Shown here piece after piece: positions 25,401 through 37,400 of a stretch of 64,000 nt of DNA. Origin of the DNA: Macrostomum lignano (taxonomy: Eukaryota). Both the position numbers and the translations under genes were made by a program. Within the stretch, counting starts at the first letter, position 1. The number at the start of each line of letters is the position of its first letter. The DNA is taken from NCBI GenBank assembly GCA_002269645.1, contig NIVC01000199.1, positions 434,001-498,000 of the forward strand. Reading direction: 5' to 3'. Under the pieces are notes generated by a model. The model was not told the DNA's origin. It saw nothing but the letters and a program-made list of their open reading frames with translations, and ran no database searches.

Positions 25401-28400
25401 CTATGATTGTTTACATGACGCTTCTATGATTGTTTACATGGCGCTTCTATGATTGTTTACATGACGCTTCTATGATTTTTACATGACGCTTCTTTTTAAA
25501 AAGTCTTTTAGTTTTCCTGACGTTGAAAAGCTTTAATTAAAAAATTATACTCTATGAAAATTCGAACCATCGTCTCGGCATTTAGCAGTTCAGTTTTTTC
25601 ACCTCTAGGCTAGCTCTCATCGTTTTGATAACATCAAATTTTGCACTTATATAATTCAACACTTTAAAATCCAAGCATAGAGTAAATCACACGAAGCAGT
25701 TATGACATAATCAGTTTCTCAGTCAGTCAGTATCAGTTAACAATATGGTTACGCAATTTAAATCAAGTCTGGTGCTACGCTTCCACACTGCATTTTCAAT
25801 TCAAGTCGGAGTTACAATTCAGTTATGATGCAATCTATTTCAGAATCAGAATTCAACCAGTCAATTTTTTCTCTAGCATTCTTACAATGCATTTCAAGTC
25901 AAAAAGTTTGCTTGACCTTTGCAAAAAAGCATGTTTTTCGAATATTTAATGCCTTTAGCATCGAGCAATTTCTTAGCCACGATGCATGTACAGTCACGGG
26001 AAAATTTCTGATCGAACAGTGCAAGTTCGAACAAAATCGGTCCAGCCTTTTTTTCTCTAATCGATCAAATAGATAGATAGACACAGACAGACCATTTTTA
26101 GTATATAGGACTAGCAATCTTCGCCCCCCGATGGGGGACATCTGGATAGAATCTCTGTTTTCTACAAGTAACAAAAAGACAGCCAAAAATCCTTCAAAAA
26201 GACAACAGACAAACTGCTCAAATAAAGTGCATTGCAAAAAGAAATCATCCCAAGACTGCAAGCATCCCCAAGATGGCAAGCATCCCCCAGATAGCAAGCA
26301 TCCCCCAGATAGCAAGCATCCCCCAGATAGCAAGCATCCCCCAGATAGCAAGCATCCCCCAGATAGCAAGCATCCCCAAGATAGCAAGCATCCCCAAGAT
26401 AGCAAGCATCCCTCAGATAGCAAGCATCCCCCAGATAGCAAGCATCCCCCAGATAGCAAGCATCCCCCAGATAGCAAGCATCCCCCAGATAGCAAGCATC
26501 CCCCAGATAGCAAGCATCCCCCAGATAGCAAGCATCCCCCAGATAGCAAGCATCCCCCAGATAGCAAGCATCCCCCAGATAGCAAGCATCCCCCAGATAG
26601 CAAGCATCCCCAAGATAGATAGCATCCCCAAGATAGATAGCATCCCCAAATAGCAAGCATCCACCAGACAATAAGTAGCTAGTGCGACAATTTCCTTAGC
26701 ATTATAGCGGCTCCTTTAAAATTCGCTTACTTTTACGTTTGAAATTGTGTATCTTTAATGTTTGACATGATGGCTCTTTAATGATAGACATGGTGGCTCT
26801 TTAATTTTTGACATGGTGGCTCTTTAATGTTGGACATGGTGGCTCTTTAATGTTAGACATGGTGGCTCTTTAATGATCGACATAAAGTCACTTATATGTT
26901 TGACATGATGGCTCTTTTATGTTTAACATGGTGGCTTTTTAATGCTCGACGTGGTAGCTCTTTTATGTTAGACATGGTGGCTCTTTAATGTTCGACATGG
27001 TGGCTCTTTTATGTTCGACATAGTGTCGCTTCAATGTTTGACATGGAGTTACGTATATGTTTTACATGGTGGCTCTTTTATGTTCGACGTGGTGGCTCTT
27101 TAATGTTTGACATGGGGTCTCTTCAATGTTTGACATGGAGTTACGTATATGTTTGACATGGTGGCACTTTCATGTTTGACCTGGTGGCTCTTAAATGTTT
27201 GACATGGTGGCTCTTTAATGTTTGACATGGTGTCTCTTTAACGTTTGACATGGAGTCATGTATATGTTTGACATGGTGGCTCTTGATTGTTCGACATAGA
27301 GTCATGGATATGTTTGCCATAGTGGCTCTTTAATGTTAGACATGGTGGCTCTTTTATGTTTTGCATGGTGGCTCTTTTATGTTCGACATGGTGTCTCTTC
27401 AATGTTTGACATGGAGTCATGTATATGTTTGACATGGTGGCTCTTGTATTTTTAACACGTTGGCTCTTTAATGTTCGACATGGTGGCTCTTTAATGTCTA
27501 ACATGGAGTCACGTATATGTTTGACATGGAGTCATGTATATGTCTGATATGGTAGCTCTTTAAAGTTTTACATGGAGTCACCTATATGTTTCACATGGTG
27601 GCTATTTTATGTTTGACATGGTGGTTCTTAAATGTTCGACATGGTGGCTCTTTAATGTTTTACATGGTGGCACTTTCATGTTTGACCTGGTGGCTCTTTA
27701 ATGTTTGACATGGTGGCTCTTTAATATTTGACATGGTGGCCCTTTTATGTTCGACATGGTGGCTCTTTAATGTTTGACATGGTGGCTCTTTAATGTTTTA
27801 TATGGTGGCACTTTCATGTTTGACCTGGTGGCTCTTTAATGTTTGACATGGTGGCTTTTTAATATTTGACATGGTGGCACTTTCATGTTTAACCTGGTGG
27901 GTCTTTAATGTTTGACATGGTACCTCTTTTATGTTCGACATGGTGGCTCTTTAATGTTCTACATGGTGGCTCTTTTATGTTCGACATGGTGGCTCTTTAA
28001 TGTTTGATAAGGTGGCTCTTTAATGTTTGACATTGTGGCTCTTTAATATTTGACAAGGTGGCTCTTTAATGTTTAAAATGGTGGCTCTTTAATTTTCGAA
28101 ATGGTGGCTGTTTTATGTTTGACATGGTGGCTCTTTAATGTTCGACATGGTGGCTCTTTAATGTTCTTAATGGTGTCTGTTTTATGTTTGACATGGCGGC
28201 TCTTTAATGTTTGACATTGTGGCTCTTTAATGTTTGACATGGTGGCTTTTTAATGTTCGACATGGTGGCACTTTCATGTTTGACCTGGTGGGTCTTTAAT
28301 GTTTGACATGGTACCTCTTTTATGTTCGACATGGTGGCTCTTTAATGTTTTACATGGTGGCTCTTTAATGTTTGACATGGTGACTCTTTTATGTTCTACA

Positions 28401-31400
28401 TGGTGGCTCTTTTATGTTCGACATGGTGGCTCTTTAATGTTTGATAAGGTGGCTCTTTAATGTTTGACATTGTGGCTCTTTAATATTTGACAAGGTGGCT
28501 CTTTAATGTTTAAAATGGTGGCTCTTTAATTTTCGAAATGGTGGCTGTTTTATGTTTGACATGGTGGCTCTTTAATGTTCGACATGGTGGCTCTTTAATG
28601 TTCTTAATGGTGTCTGTTTTATGTTTGACATGGCGGCTCTTTAATGATAGACATGGTGGCTCTTTAATTTTTGACATGGTGGCTCTTTAATGTTGGACAT
28701 GGTGGCTCTTTAATGTTAGACATGGTGGCTCTTTAATGATCGACATAAAGTCACTTATATGTTTGACATGATGGCTCTTTTATGTTTAACATGGTGGCTT
28801 TTTAATGTTCGACGTGGTAGCTCTTTTATGTTAGACATGGTGGCTCTTTAATGTTCGACATGGTGGCTCTTTTATGTTCGACATAGTGTCGCTTCAATGT
28901 TTGACATGGAGTTACGTATATGTTTTACATGGTGGCTCTTTTATGTTCGACGTGGTGGCTCTTTAATGTTTGACATGGGGTCTCTTCAATGTTTGACATG
29001 GAGTTACGTATATGTTTGACATGGTGGCACTTTCATGTTTGACCTGGTGGCTCTTAAATGTTTGACATGGTGGCTCTTTAATGTTTGACATGGTGTCTCT
29101 TTAACGTTTGACATGGAGTCATGTATATGTTTGACATGGTGGCTCTTGATTGTTCGACATAGAGTCATGGATATGTTTGCCATAGTGGCTCTTTAATGTT
29201 AGACATGGTGGCTCTTTTATGTTTTGCATGGTGGCTCTTTTATGTTCGACATGGTGTCTCTTCAATGTTTGACATGGAGTCATGAATATGTTTGACATGG
29301 TGGCTCTTGTATTTTTAACACGTTGGCTCTTTAATGTTCGACATGGTGGCTCTTTAATGTTCGACATGGTGGCTCTTTTAGGTTTGAAATGGTGGCTCTT
29401 TAATGTTTGACATTGTGGCTCTTTAATGTTTGACATGGTGGCTTTTTAATGTTCGACATGGTAACTCTTTTATGTTTGATATGGTGGCTCTTTTATGTTC
29501 GACATGGTGGCTCTTTAATGTTCGACATGGTGGCTCTTTTAGGTTTGAAATGGTGGCTCTTTAATGTTTGACATTGTGGCTCTTTAATGTTTGAAATGGT
29601 GGCTCTTTAATGTTTCGACATGGTGGCTCTTTAATGTTCTTAATGGTAACTCTTTTATGTTTGACATGGTGGCTCTTTAATGTTTAGAATTTTGTGTTTT
29701 TTAAGGTGTTTTAATAAAAAAAACATTTTTCACTACTAAGATTCGAACCCAGGTCGCTACATTAGCAGTCCAGTCTGTTTGCATCCGGCTATCTCTTTTC
29801 AATTGGAGAACATGAATTGTGGCCCTTATAATTCAATTCTTATAGCAAGTCAGTTAGAGTAAAAAGTTATGACATAATCAATTTCTCAGTCAGCCAGTTT
29901 CAGTCTCAATTTAAGTTAGCAATATGGTTACGCAATTACAATCCAGTCTTGTGTGCATTTTTCGGCACTGTTTTGAACTTTTTGTGATGCAATCTTTATC
30001 ACAATCGGAATTCAGCCAGTCAGTTTTTTCTCTAGAATTCTTAAAATGCATTTCAAGTCAAAAATTTGGCTTGACCTTTGCAAAAAAGCATGTTTTTCGA
30101 ATATTTAATCCCTTTAACATTGAGAAATTTCTTAGCCAGGATGCATGTACCGTCCCAGGAAAATTTCTGATCGAATGGTGCAAGTTTGAAGAAAATCGGT
30201 TGAGCCAATTTTTCTGAAATCTATCGCATAGCTAGTTACAGACATTTCATTTTTAGTATATTGGACTTGCAATCTTCGCCCCCCGATGGGGGACATCTGG
30301 ATAGAATCTCTGTTCTCTACAATTAACAAAAAGACAGCCAAAAAATCCTTCACAAAGACAACAGACAAACTGCTCAAATGAAGTGAATTGCAATAAGAAA
30401 TCTTCCCAAGACCACAAGCATCCCCCAGAAAGCAAGCATCCTCCAGATAGCAAGCATTCCCCCAGATAGCAAGCATTCCCCAGATAGCAAGCATTCCCCA
30501 GATAGCAAGCATCCCCCAGATAGCAAGCATCCCCAAGATAGCAAGCATCCCTCAGATAGCAAGCATACCCCAAATAGCAAGCATCCCTCAGATAGCAAGC
30601 ATCCCTCAGATAGCAAGCATCCCCCAGATAGCAAGCATCACTCAGATAGCAAGCATCCCTCAGATAGCAAGCATCCACCAGATAGCAAGCATCCCTCAAA
30701 TAGCAAGCTGCCCCCAAATTGCAAGCATCGCCCAGATAGCAAGCATCCCCAGAAAGCAAGCATCCTCCAAATAGCAAGCATTCCCCAGATAGATAGCATC
30801 CCCAAATAGCAACCATCCACCAGACAATAAGTAGCTAGAGCGACAATTTCCTTGGCTTTATAGTGGCTCCTTTAAATTGGCATGGCGCTTTATACCTTTA
30901 CATTTGAAATTGTATATCTTGAATGTTTGACATGGTGGCTCTTTTATGTTTGATATGGTGGCTCTTTTATGTTCGACATGGTGGCTCTTTAATGTTCGAC
31001 ATGGTGGCTCTTTAATGTTTGCCATGGTGGCTTTTCTATGTTTGACATGGTGGCTTTTCTATGTTCGACATGGTGGCTCTTGTATGTTCGACATAGTGGC
31101 TCTTTTAATGGTCGACATGGTGGCTCTTTAATGTTCTTCATGTTGGCTCTTTTATGTTTGAAATGGTGGCTTTTTTGTTTGACATGGTGGCTCTTTAATG
31201 TTCGACATGGTGGCTCTTTAATTTTTAACATGGTGACTCTTTTATGTTCGATATGGTGGCTCTTTTATGTTCGACATGGTGGCTCCTTTAGGTTTGAAAT
31301 ATTGGCTCTTTAATATTTGGCAAGGTGGCCCTTTAATGTTTAACATGGCGGCTCTTTAATTTTCGAAATGGTGGCTCCTTAATTTTCGAAATGGTGGCTG

Positions 31401-34400
31401 TTTTATGTTTGACATGGTGGCTCTTTAATGTTCGACATGGTGGCTCTTTAATGTTCTTAATGGTGTCTGTTTTATGTTTGACATGGTGGCTCTTTATTGT
31501 TCGACATGGTGGCTCTTTAATTTTTAACATGGTGGCTCCTTTAGGTTTGAAATGGTGGCTCTTTAATGTTTGACATTGTGGCTCTTTAATGTTTGACATG
31601 GTGACTCTTTAATGTTTGACATGGTGGCTTTTCTATGTTTGACATGGTGGCTCTTTTATGTTTGACATGGTGGCTTTTTATTGTTCGACATGGTGGCTCT
31701 TTCAGGTTTGAAACGGTGGCTCTTTAATGTTTGACATGGTGGCTCTTTAATGTTTAACATGGTGGCTTTTCTATGTTTGACATGGTGGCTCTTGTATGTT
31801 CGACATGGTGGCTTCTTTAGGCTTGAAATGGTGGCTCTTTAATATTTGACAAGGTGGCTCTTTAATGTTCGACATGGTGGCTCTTTAATGTTTGACAAGG
31901 TGGCTCTTTTAGGTTTGAAATGGTAGGTCTTTAATGCTTGACAATGTGGCTCTTTAATGTTTGACATGGTGGCTCTTTAATGTTCGACATGGTGGCTCTT
32001 TAATGTTTGACATGGTGGCTATTGAATGTTCGACATGGTTGCTCTTTAAAGTTCGACATGGTGGCTCCTTTAGGTTTGAAATGGTGGCTCTTTAATGTTT
32101 GACATTGTGGCTCTTTAATGTTCGACATGGTGGCTCCTTTAGGTTTGAAATGGTGGCTCTTTAATGTTTGACATTGTGGCTCTTTAATGTTCGACATGGT
32201 GGCTCCTTTAGGTTTTAAATGGTGGCTCTTTAGTGTTCTTAATGGTGTCGGTTTTATGTTTGACATGGTGGCTCTTCTATGTTCGACATGGTGGCTCTTT
32301 AAAGTTTGACATGGTGGCTCTTTAATTTTTAACATGGTAACTCTTTTATGTTCGATATGGTGGCTCTTTTATGTTCGACATGGTGGTTCTTTAATGTTCG
32401 ACATGGTGGCTCGTTTAGGTTTGACATGGTGGCTCTTTTATTGCGCTTTTTTATGTTTAGCATTTTTTTTTGTTTTCAAGGTGTTTTAATAAAAAATTAT
32501 TTTGCGCTTCTAAGATTAGAACCCAGGTCGCTACATTAGCATTCCAGTCTGTTCGCATCAGGGCTATCTCTTTTCAATTGAAGAACATGAATTGTGGCCC
32601 TTATAATTCAATTCTTACAGCAAGTCAATTGGAGTAAAAAGTTATGACATAATCAATTTCTCAGTCAGCCAGTATCAGTCTCACTTCAAGTTAGCAATAT
32701 GGTTACGCAATTTAAATCATGTCGTGTGTGCATTTCTTCGGCACTGTTTTCAACTTGTTGTGATGCAATCTTTATCACAATCGGAATTCAGTCAGTCAGT
32801 TTTTTCTCTAGCATTCTTACAATGCATTTCAGGTCGAAAGAGCTGCTTGACCTTTGCAAAAAAGCATGCTTTTCGAATATTTAATCCCTTTAACATTGAG
32901 CAATTTCTTAGCCAAGATGCATGTACTGTCCCAGGAAAATTTCTGATCGAATGGTGCAAGTTTGAAGAAAATTGGTTGAGCCAATTTTTCTGAAATCTAT
33001 CGCATACCTACCCACATACATACTGTGACGTTGGTGGTTCTTTTATTCTCCCAGTTCGTCGATTAATATCTACTAAAAAGTATTTAATATGTACTTTATT
33101 TATATCAATTGGTTTCACTTTTATGTTTATTGAAACTAGTAAGCAATGCTTTGTTTTACTGCATTAAATAGTTATATTTAACATTTTGAATTCTGTGGCT
33201 TCGGAGAAGACTGAGCGTGGTGTGCGGCTGCTGTTCCTATCGCCAGTCATTTGATTTTAGTAAACACTGATTGATTTTAGTAAACACTGAAAAAAACAGT
33301 AGTTCAAGATCGCTCTCAATTTAGTAGTGTTACCCACTAAGGTCATCTTCGAAGCCATTCCATTGACACTGCAATTGTTCGTTACCAGTTAGCATCAGCA
33401 ATAACCACTACATGTGTAACCTGCAAATATACATAATCCGTAATCGAATTATCGGCGCCGTCAGTTATCGTCACCACTAACTGTGTGTTTACTCACTACT
33501 TTAATAGCAGCCCGTCAGCACGCGAACTCGGACCAGATATCGTCACATAATTTTGGAGGTCCCACCGAGACGGGCTGCTACTTACCGTTCGGTTTGAACA
33601 CCAAACAAGTCAACAACAAGCCCGGGCTATCCAGGCGGCAGCCAAGAAGTGAATATTGGAATTGTCATAAAATTCTTATCGTGAGTCATAACCCTAGCCC
33701 AGCCAGCCAGCGTGTACAATTGCAACACAAGCCCAACCAAGCTGTACATTGCTTATCGCATTCTGTGGCTAATTGGCTACTCCGAGCGCCGCAAATAATT
33801 GTGCCCAACGGAATCAGTGCAATCTTAGTCAGCCTACACTGTCCTTTAACGCGAGTGGATCCAGTGCAAGCGCAGCCAACCCACCCCAAGGACAATTAAT
33901 CTACGCGGCCTGCACTCTGCCTAGCTCAACAGTAATTGGCCACAGCTGCCAGCCTCGGCCTACACCAGTCCCAATTGACCCTTGGCGCGTCAACAGAGCT
34001 GCTTCTGCGTGTTAGCAACAGCTTGGAACGAACTGCTGGTTACGTCTAACTGGCCGGACAACTGCGACTGCACACCAGCGGTCAGCCAATCTGTGTGCGT
34101 GTGGTGAGTCTGTTTGCCTGTTTAAAAATAGGAGGTAGTCCCAGGTTGACGGGTTTAGATAGCGTTTGTGTCTGTGTCAGGGTTAGATTAGATCCCGCCA
34201 ACTGCTGTCTGGGTTGCTTTCCCCTTTGCTTCTTTTCCTGCTTGCACCTGTTCGGTTGGTCGTCCCGATCATTGCTGGTGCAAAAAACTCGGCTTGGCGA
34301 GGTGATTAGGCTCTGGAATGTCTAATAACGAGGATGGAGTGGTAGCCAATGTGGCTGGTCTTGAAGATGGTGGCTCTGTTAATAATGATGCTGGTGGAGC

Positions 34401-37400
34401 AAATGCTCAAGAATCTGAAAATGGAGCATCAGCTGCTGGTGGAGCTAATGCTCATGAATCTGAAAATGGAGCATCAGCTGCTGTTGGTTCGGCTGAAGCA
34501 GCGTTGCTCCCCGCTACTATGCAGAATTTCTTAGAAAGCTTCTCCCAGGTATTGGCCAATAGCTTAAATCGTGCATCAAATCCAACGGCACCATCGACCT
34601 CACCAAGAGCGTCTGAGGGCAGTGGTAATGTCCGCCTCCGACCCCCACAACCCTACATGCCGAAAATGAGATTCGACTTGTGGCAAACGCAATTTCGCAC
34701 TTACGTGGAGGCGCACAAAATTCCCAAGGAGCAGCAGTCAGCCATTTTGCTGTCCCTTTTATCGCCTGAATGCCAGGAGTATTGCTTTCACAACCAGTTG
34801 CATAAGCAAGATGCTGAGGTCGCACTAAAAGCATTGGACCTGCGCTACACGGATGTTTCGGAGAAGGACAAAAGTTATCTGGAACTAGCAAGTGCTCAGC
34901 AACATGATGCTGAAGATGTCCAAGAATACTTTGATCGACTAATAAGACTTTCACATGCTGCTAACTTGTCTCTCAAAGAGTCTGAGCCACTGGTCCGGGC
35001 CCGGTTCTGCCATGGGCTGCTAGATAGAAGCTTGGCCGAAAAGCTGCTGCTGGCCAGTCGGGAAGATCCTTCGCTAACCTCTGTTGACCTGGCCAAGAAG
35101 GCCAGGGAGATTACAGGTGTCCGACAGCTCTTGAAACCTGGGCAGTCGGCGCTGGCTAAAGTCCGTTCTGTGGGTCCAGACAAGACTGCGGAGCTTGAAG
35201 CAAGGGTTAAAGAACTGGAAAAACTACTGGTGGAGCAGTCTAACCAAACATCAGTCAGGGCGTTTCAAAATGAAGTGCCAGTGGTTAGCGGGGTAGGCAA
35301 TCCAAAGCAGACTCGATTTGCACAATCAGCGCCGCCCCATCAATTGGCATATGGCAAGGGAGCTCAGTTTAGCAGCCGACCGCCTAGAGCATGCTATCGA
35401 TGCGGGTTAACAGATCATCTGGTCGCAGATTGCCCTCATCCACCACCGCTAAATCACAGGGGTCGCTCTGGAAGAGAGCCAGGGAAGCAAAGAGCTGAAC
35501 TAGTGGAGACCGGGGTCATCACCCAGTGGTTTCAGTCACATGGGTTCATTCGGTCAGCGCTGATGGGAGACAATCTTTTTGTGCATGTCTCGCAGCTTGA
35601 TCAAGAGCTTCGGGGCAGAGCGGCACCCCATAAAATTGTTGGTCTCCGGGTCAGGTTTCGTCGGGTGGCCGACAGTGCAAAACCTAGTGATCGGGCCTTA
35701 GACGTCTGCGAGTTGGCTTCGCCCCCGAATTGTGAGCAGTCCGCTGCGCAAGACACGGAGTTCCAGACCGATTCGAGTTATTTCGTGCAACTGGATGTCG
35801 GTGAGAGTCGAATCATTGCCTGCCTAGACTCTGGTGCCAACGCTAGTGTCATGGGAGTCCGAGTAAAGGATCAGCTAGTCGAGGCTGATCCCATTAACAA
35901 CGTCTTCAAGCCGTCCACACAGCGACGCGCAGCTACCGCTTTCAATGGTACGTCAACTGAAATCTTAGGCACTTTGCGTTGCGAGGTTTCATTGGGAAAG
36001 CTGACCAGGACACAAGTCTTTTTAGTCATGGAAACAAGACTGTCTGATGTCTTGCTCGGTCTCGACTTTCTCAAGAGCTTCAGGGTCAACCTCTTAATTG
36101 CCGATGGTAAAGCTACAGTGGATGGAGAGGCCATTCCGATCATTGAGGGTGACAGTAGTCTCTACCGCGTCAGGCGGGTGACATCAGCGTGTGACCTAGA
36201 AATGGCCCCCCGATCGGAAGCTATTGTCCCAAGTCGTGTCGCTGAAGCGGTCCCAGGGGCTCAAGGAGTCCTTGGACCGCGCCTTTTCCGTGGAGATGGG
36301 GAATGTCTGGTGGCCAGGTCCCTAGACAGTGTTAGTACAGGCCGCCATGTCCTGGTCCGTTTGCTTAACAGTGAAGATCAGACAATATCAATAAAAAGGG
36401 GGCAAGAAGTGGCCTCTTTTCAGGATGTAGGCGCTGATGAGGTTGTCACTCACACTCGGCTACATGAGCGTGATTTTTCGATCAATAACGCTGAAAGGTT
36501 GGGAAAACAGTTAGAAAAATTGCCTTACCCGGATAAAGCTACTGCAGAGTGGCTCAAAGGGAGTTTCGCCTGGGAAAATCAAATCTGACAACCCAACAAC
36601 TGACAACAACTATAAAGTTGCTAAATTTCTTCCATAATCAAATTTCAAAGTCCGACACCGATCTAGGAAAGACGTCGCTGACAGAGATGTCAATTGAGCT
36701 AAAAGACCAGACCTGTCGACCGGTATTTCAGCCCTCTCGGAGGACCACACCGGCACAGAAGGAGTTCCTGGACAAGCACATCTCCAAGTTGCTGGATTGT
36801 GGCGTAATAGAAGAATGTGACTCCGAGTGGTCGTCCCCAATCGTGTTGGTGCGGAAAAAAGATGGGAGTCAAAGGCTTTGCGTTGATTATCGACAGACCA
36901 ATAAAGTGATCAAACCTTGTAGCTTCCCGCTACCACTGGTTGACGAGTCGTTTGACAGCTTGTCGGGGGCACAGGTCTTTTCCAGTCTTGACCTAACATC
37001 CGCCTACTGGCAAGTCGGGATCCGTGAGCAAGACAGGGACCTCACTGCTTTTTCTTGCCCACAAGGCACCTTCAGGTGGAAGGTCGTCCCGTTCGGCATC
37101 AAGACCGCCCCGGCAACTTTTGCGCGGTTGATGCACCGGGTCTTCCAACCCCTGCTGCTTAAGGTCAGCTTGATTTACTTGGATGACGTCATTGTGAAAG
37201 CAAGGGATAATGATCAGATGATTGTTAATTTAGCGCTAGTGCTGTGGAGGTTGCAAAAAGCAAATTTAAAAATCAAACCTAGTAAGTGTGAACTGTTTAA
37301 GGACAAAGTGCGGTTCCTCGGGTTCGTGGTATCCGGACAAGGCATAGAAGCTGACCCAGAGAAAACCGATGCCGTTCGCGATTGGCCAACTCCGAGTAAT

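Larger units (their letters stand above)
22816..26110 (-). mobile_element. Non-autonomous Helitron-like element, unit 2
   Basis: 3' hairpin CCCCAACGGGG + CTAG at 22816-22819 abuts the TC of unit 1. 5' TC at 26110. The ~600-bp head is homologous to the other units. Confidence 0.75.
26111..30265 (-). mobile_element. Non-autonomous Helitron-like element, unit 3
   Basis: 3' hairpin CCCCCATCGGGGGG + CTAG at 26111-26114; 5' TCCAATATACTAAAAA at 30265; shared head. Confidence 0.75.

Noticed and set aside
25899-32539. GGCLLS, LGDACY, PQIASI, KEPPC repeat ORFs
   Set aside because: Translations of the 18-bp and 23-bp minisatellites.
22538-32993. Recurring ~90-aa + strand ORF (KKHVFRIFN...KFLIE.CKFE) in the four Helitron heads
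   Set aside because: Frames switch between copies through A-run indels (LDLCKKH vs LTFAKKH), and starts are inconsistent, so there is no coding constraint.
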